A DNA stretch of 64,000 nucleotides, taken from assembly GCA_964016885.1 (NCBI GenBank), contig OZ024763.1, positions 9,672,001-9,736,000 of the forward strand, given 5' to 3'. Each line of letters begins with the position of its first letter. Position 1 is the first letter of the stretch. The DNA is from Eledone cirrhosa. Taxonomy: Eukaryota. Of this stretch, positions 59,596-64,000 are shown piece after piece. A program made the position numbers and the translations under genes. Under the pieces are notes generated by a model. That model was not told the origin of the DNA. It saw only the letters and a program-made list of their open reading frames with translations, and did not search any database.

Positions 59596-60875
59596 TCATC
59601 ATCACCACTGTTTTTCATCTATTTTACAATGCTAGGTCAGGTCCCCATGTCATGCTTATACAGAACCAATTCTGGCTTGGTTTCTACAGCTGGATGCCCT
59701 CCCTAACACCAACCTCATTTACAGTGAGTGCTGGGTGCTTTTTTTGCTGTGGCACCTCCACGACCACTTTACAGTGTGGGCTGGGTGCTTTTTGTCGTGA
59801 CACCTACATAACAACTTTACAGTGTGGACTAGGTGCTTTTTGTCGTGACACCTACATGACCACTTTACATTGTGGGCTGGGCGCTTTTTGCCGTGTTGCC
59901 ATCACAACCACTTTAAAATGTGGGCTGGGCACGTTTTGTTGTGTTGCCATCATGACCACTTTACAATGTGGGCTGGAGGCTTCACGTATGGGACTGGGTG
60001 GGCTGGAGTGATGCATATTATACATATGTTTTATCTTTAGCCTGTGCCAGTGGGAAGTCAGGTCGTCTGTATTACTGCGTAATGCCAGAGATCTCGGTCC
60101 CGTGTCATCGCCTTTGAGAGGTGCAATTGGGCAAGGTCAGCTTTTATCACCTCATCCCAAATCTTCCACTCCATGGCTTCTATCAACTTCGAGCGCTCTG
60201 CATCTTTTTATACAGTTGCTATCCTTCATATGCATCACATGTCCATACCAACACAATCTTCTCTCCTGCACACTGCATTTGAAACTTCTTATGTCTAGTT
60301 TCTCTCTTAGTTCGTTTATGCTTTGCTGTTTACATATATTACTATTACACATCCATCAGAACATGCAAGTTTCATTCCTTTCCTTTGCAATCTACGCAAG
60401 TCTTCTGCACACAGCGCCCAGGTCTCACTACCATGCATCATACAGTCTGCCTTTCATTTTGAGGGGAAAACCTTTTGTAGTTAGCAGCAGTAGCTCCCTG
60501 AACTTCTTCCAAACCATTCTCACTTTGGCTACTATACTTTTAGAACACCCACCTCTGCTGCTAATGTGGTCACCCAGGTAGCAGAAGCTGTCAACTGCTT
60601 CTACTGAACCTTCCCAGAATTTGATAGTGCTTGTTTCCAGTGGTTGTTTGCTACTTACTAGGACCTTAGTCTTTGTCAGGTTGATTTTAAGGCCTCGTTT
60701 CTAGGCCTTGCTTCCATGTTTAGAATATCTTTACTAGTTCCGCCATAAATTCTGCTATAAGTGTGGGATCATCCGCATACAGTAGTTCTCATGGGCAACC
60801 AGTCTTAAACTACTCTGTTATAGCCTGTAGTATGATGATAAACAGGAGAGGGCTAAAAACAGAGCCCTGGTGGAC
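59596..60875 (-). pseudogene. RTE LINE (long-3'UTR subfamily) with ~6 tandem 42-bp subrepeats
   Basis: HQGSVFSPLLF, YADD, RLCWYGHV. ACTTTACAGTGTGGGCTGGGTGCTTTTTG repeated at 59715-59980. Confidence 0.85.
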
Positions 60876-60931
60876 GTATATATATTGACAGAATAACCAA
60901 AGAATAATAAATTTTTGAGTGTCTATTTTTC

Positions 60932-61240
60932 TCATCATCATCATCATCATCGTTTTTACATCCGCTTTTCCATGCTTGAATGAGTTGGATGGGTCCTTTT
61001 TAGCATGGCATCTCTCCACATATCACGATCCTTTGTCATCGCTTCTCTGAGTTTCAGAGATTTGAGGTCAGCTCTCACAACCCAGGTTTTCCTTGATCTA
61101 ACTCTCCCACGAATTACTTCCACTGGCATTTCCTGGTACTTCTTCCTCTAACGATTATAGTCCATTCGCATCACATGTACAAACTAATGCAGTCTTCTCT
61201 CCTGCACACTACCTCGAATTCCTCTTAAACCCAGTTTTGG
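60932..61240 (-). pseudogene. RTE LINE 3' fragment with (ATG)n tail
   Basis: Reverse complement of the CCATGCTT hairpin-type tail and coding remnant. Confidence 0.75.
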
Positions 61241-61365
61241 CTAATTTACTCATAGGCCTTTTGATTCTAAATTTTGTTTCATAGTCTTAACTTATTTTCT
61301 AGGTCTTTAATGGATTCAGCCATAAGGAGCATAGAGAAATAGGCAGCCATATTTAAAGATACCTT

Positions 61366-61734
61366 TGGATGGTTGGCTGGTTGACTGGCTGGTTGGTTGG
61401 TTGGTCTGTTGACTGTTTGGTTGGTTGGTTGGTCTGTTGACTGTTTAGTTGGTTGGTTGGTTGGTCTGTTGACTGGTTGGTTGGTTGGTTGGTCTGTTGA
61501 CTGGTTGGTTGGTTGGTTGGTCTGTTGACTGGTTGGTTGGTTGGTTGGTTGGTCTGTTGACTGGTTGGTTGGTTGGTTGGTTGGTCTGTTGATTGGTTGG
61601 TTGGTTGGTTTGTTGACTGGTTGGTTGGTTGGTTGGTCTGTTGGTTGGTTGGTTGGTTGGTCTGTTGACTGGTTGGTTGGTTGGTTGGTCTGTTGGTTGG
61701 TTGGTTGGTCTGTTGGTTGGTTGGTTGGTTGGTT
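61366..61734. repeat. (TTGG)n-based compound microsatellite
   Basis: TTGG runs punctuated by TCTGTTGACT. Confidence 0.95.
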
Positions 61735-61914
61735 TAAAGTTCAACAGGTTTTCTGTGGCAACAAAACTGTAGCCAATCTTTTGTCCTCCTCTTCCTGTTG
61801 TTGTTGATAAAGAGTTACAGCAGACACCACACCACCACCGCCAATGTCACCACCACACCAACACCAATGCCACCACCAACACCACCACCACACCACCACC
61901 ACACCACCATTGTT

Positions 61915-62533
61915 GATGGTGATGGCTATGGTATCACTGCTGTGATGGTGATGGCTATGGTATCACTGCTGTGATGGTGATGGCTATGGTATCACTGCTG
62001 TTGATGGTGATGGCTATGGTGTCACTGCTGTGGTGATGGCTATGGTATCACTGCTGTGATGGTGATGGCTATGGTGTCACTGCTGTGATGGTGATGGCTA
62101 TGGTGTCACTGCTGTGATGGTGATGGCTATGGTATCACTGCTGCTGTGATGGTGATGGCTATGGTATCACTGCTGTTGATGGTGATGGCTATGGTGTCAC
62201 TGCTGCTGTGATGGTGATGGCTATGGTATCACTGCTGTGATGGTGATGGCTATGGTGTCACTGCTGTGGTGATGGCTATGGTATCACTGCTGTGATGGTG
62301 ATGGCTATGGTGTCACTGCTGTGATGGTGATGGCTATGGTGTCACTGCTGTGATGGTGATGGCTATGGTATCACTGCTGTTGATGGTGATGGCTATGGTG
62401 TCACTGCTGCTGTGAAGGTGATGGCTATGGTGTCACTGCTGCTGTGATGGTGATGGCTATGGTATCACTGCTGTTGATGGTGATGGCTATGGTGTCACTG
62501 CTGTGATGGTGATGGCTATGGTGTCACTGCTGC
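61915..62533. repeat. ~29-bp minisatellite (~20 units)
   Basis: GATGGTGATGGCTATGGT(A/G)TCACTGCTGT with small length variants. Confidence 0.95.
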
Positions 62534-62599
62534 TTCTGCGACAGTTTAGATTTGCGACAAACCTGATACCAACAATTACCTGTAATTAACGTATATATA

Positions 62600-63940
62600 G
62601 GTGGTGGTGGTGGTGGTGGTGATGGTGATGGTGATGGTGATGGTGGTGGTGTGGTGGTGTGGTGGTGTAACTGCTGGTGTTGATGTGATTATTGCTGTAG
62701 TTATTGTCACCGGGATAATTTGTACAGTTGTTGCAATTCTTCATGCTGGTGATGGCGATGATGATGATGATGATGGTGATGGTGGTGATGGTGATGGTGA
62801 TGGTGGTGATGGTAATGGTGATGGTGATGGTGGTGATGATGATGGTGGTGATGGTGGTGATGGTGATGGTGGTGATGGTAATGGTGATGGTGGTGATGGT
62901 GATGGTGGTGGTGATGATGGTGGTGATGTCACCAGTATCATTGTTGTTCTGGTTCATGCTGCTACTGTTGTTGTTGTTGTTATTGCTGTCACCGCTGCTG
63001 GTACTACATACACAATATAGTCACTACTGCCACCATTAACCCCCACCATCACCTCTCCCCCACCACCACCACCTCCCACCACTCCAACATACTTCAGTGT
63101 AATACCATTACACCAGTGGTAGCAGTAGTTTATCACAGAGAGAAGACAGGAGTGATTACCTCGGCAGCACAGCTTCTGGGGTATCTGTTGCTAACATTAT
63201 GTCAATGTTGTGAGCTGATTTGGTGATGTTCATGCCATGTCCTCATCAAAGAAGTCATTGTTTTTTTTTTTATCTATTATCGTTGGTTTTATTGCTGTTG
63301 TTACTGTTGTTGTGGTGTTGGTGGTAGTGTAGTGGTGGTGGTGTAGTGGTGTTGGTGGTATAGTGATGGTGGTAGTGTAGTGGTGGTGGTGTTGGTGGTA
63401 TAGTGATGGTGGTAGTGTAGTGATGATGGTAGTGTAGTGGTGGTGGTGGTGTAGTGATGGTGGTAGTGTAGTGGTGGTGGTGGTGTAGTGATGATGGTAG
63501 TGTAGTGGTGGTGGTGGTGTAGTGATGATGGTAGTGTAGTGGTGGTGGTGGTGTAGTGATGGTGGTAGTGTAGTGGTGGTGGTGTAGTGGTGTTGGTAGT
63601 GTAGTGATGGTGGTAGTATAGTGGTGGTTGTGTAGTGGTGGTGGTGGTAGTGTAGTGGTGTTGGTGGTGGTGGTGTAATGGTGGTGGTGTAGAGATGGTA
63701 GTAGTGTAGTGGTGTTGGTGGTGTAGTGGTGTTGGTAGTGTAGTGGTTTTGGTGGTGTAGTGGTGTTGGTGGTGTAGTGGTGGTGGTGGTAGTGTAGTGA
63801 TAGTGGTAGTATAGTGGTGTTGGTGGTGTAATGGTGTAGTGGTGGTGGTAGTGTAGTGGTGTTGGTGGTGGTGGTAGTGTAGTGGTGTTGGAGGTGGTAT
63901 AGTAGTGGTGGTAGTATAGTGATATTGATGGTGTGGTGAT
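62600..63940. repeat. (GGT/GAT)n and (GTGTAGTG/GGT)n simple repeats
   Basis: Directly visible at 62600-62930 and 63310-63940. Confidence 0.9.
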
Positions 63941-64000
63941 GTTCATGTATCTTGTTCATAGAACTTTTTTTTTTTGTTGTTGCAGTTGTTGTTGGCTGTA

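Noticed and set aside
61366-61734. Telomeric repeat
   Set aside because: The unit is TTGG, not TTAGGG or TTAGG; an ordinary microsatellite.
62586-63959. His/Thr/Gly-rich ORFs
   Set aside because: Simple-repeat translations without domain support.

Overview
AT-rich, repeat-saturated eukaryotic DNA, most likely an octopus (cephalopod) intron or intergenic region. This is inferred from the SINE families, not proven. No host protein-coding gene can be called with confidence, and most long ORFs in the track are microsatellite artefacts. The window is a nest of decayed mobile elements: about 20 RTE-clade LINE fragments; CR1, R4/Dong and CRE LINE fragments; three tRNA-derived SINE families; a nearly complete maT (DD37D) Tc1/mariner element; a P/hAT-like relic with an 8-bp TSD; a Helitron-like element; MITEs; Penelope-like (PLE) RT and GIY-YIG fragments; and many mini- and microsatellites. 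The main hidden signal is RNA-level. About a dozen short non-coding repeats from at least four families carry minimal type I hammerhead ribozyme motifs (CUGAnGA or UUGAAAA, stem II, GAAA, palindromic loop, UH). They show covarying stems, a U3-A8 core variant and one branched ~100-nt stem II. Several sit in fold-back insertions with an inverted tail, typical of PLE pseudo-LTRs. A second signal is a structured module (CUGUAAA hairpin plus GGAAGGGCAUCC) that occurs upstream of RTE ORFs, in RTE 3' UTRs, in SINE bodies and as tandem monomers. All calls were made by eye and coordinates of decayed repeats are approximate.
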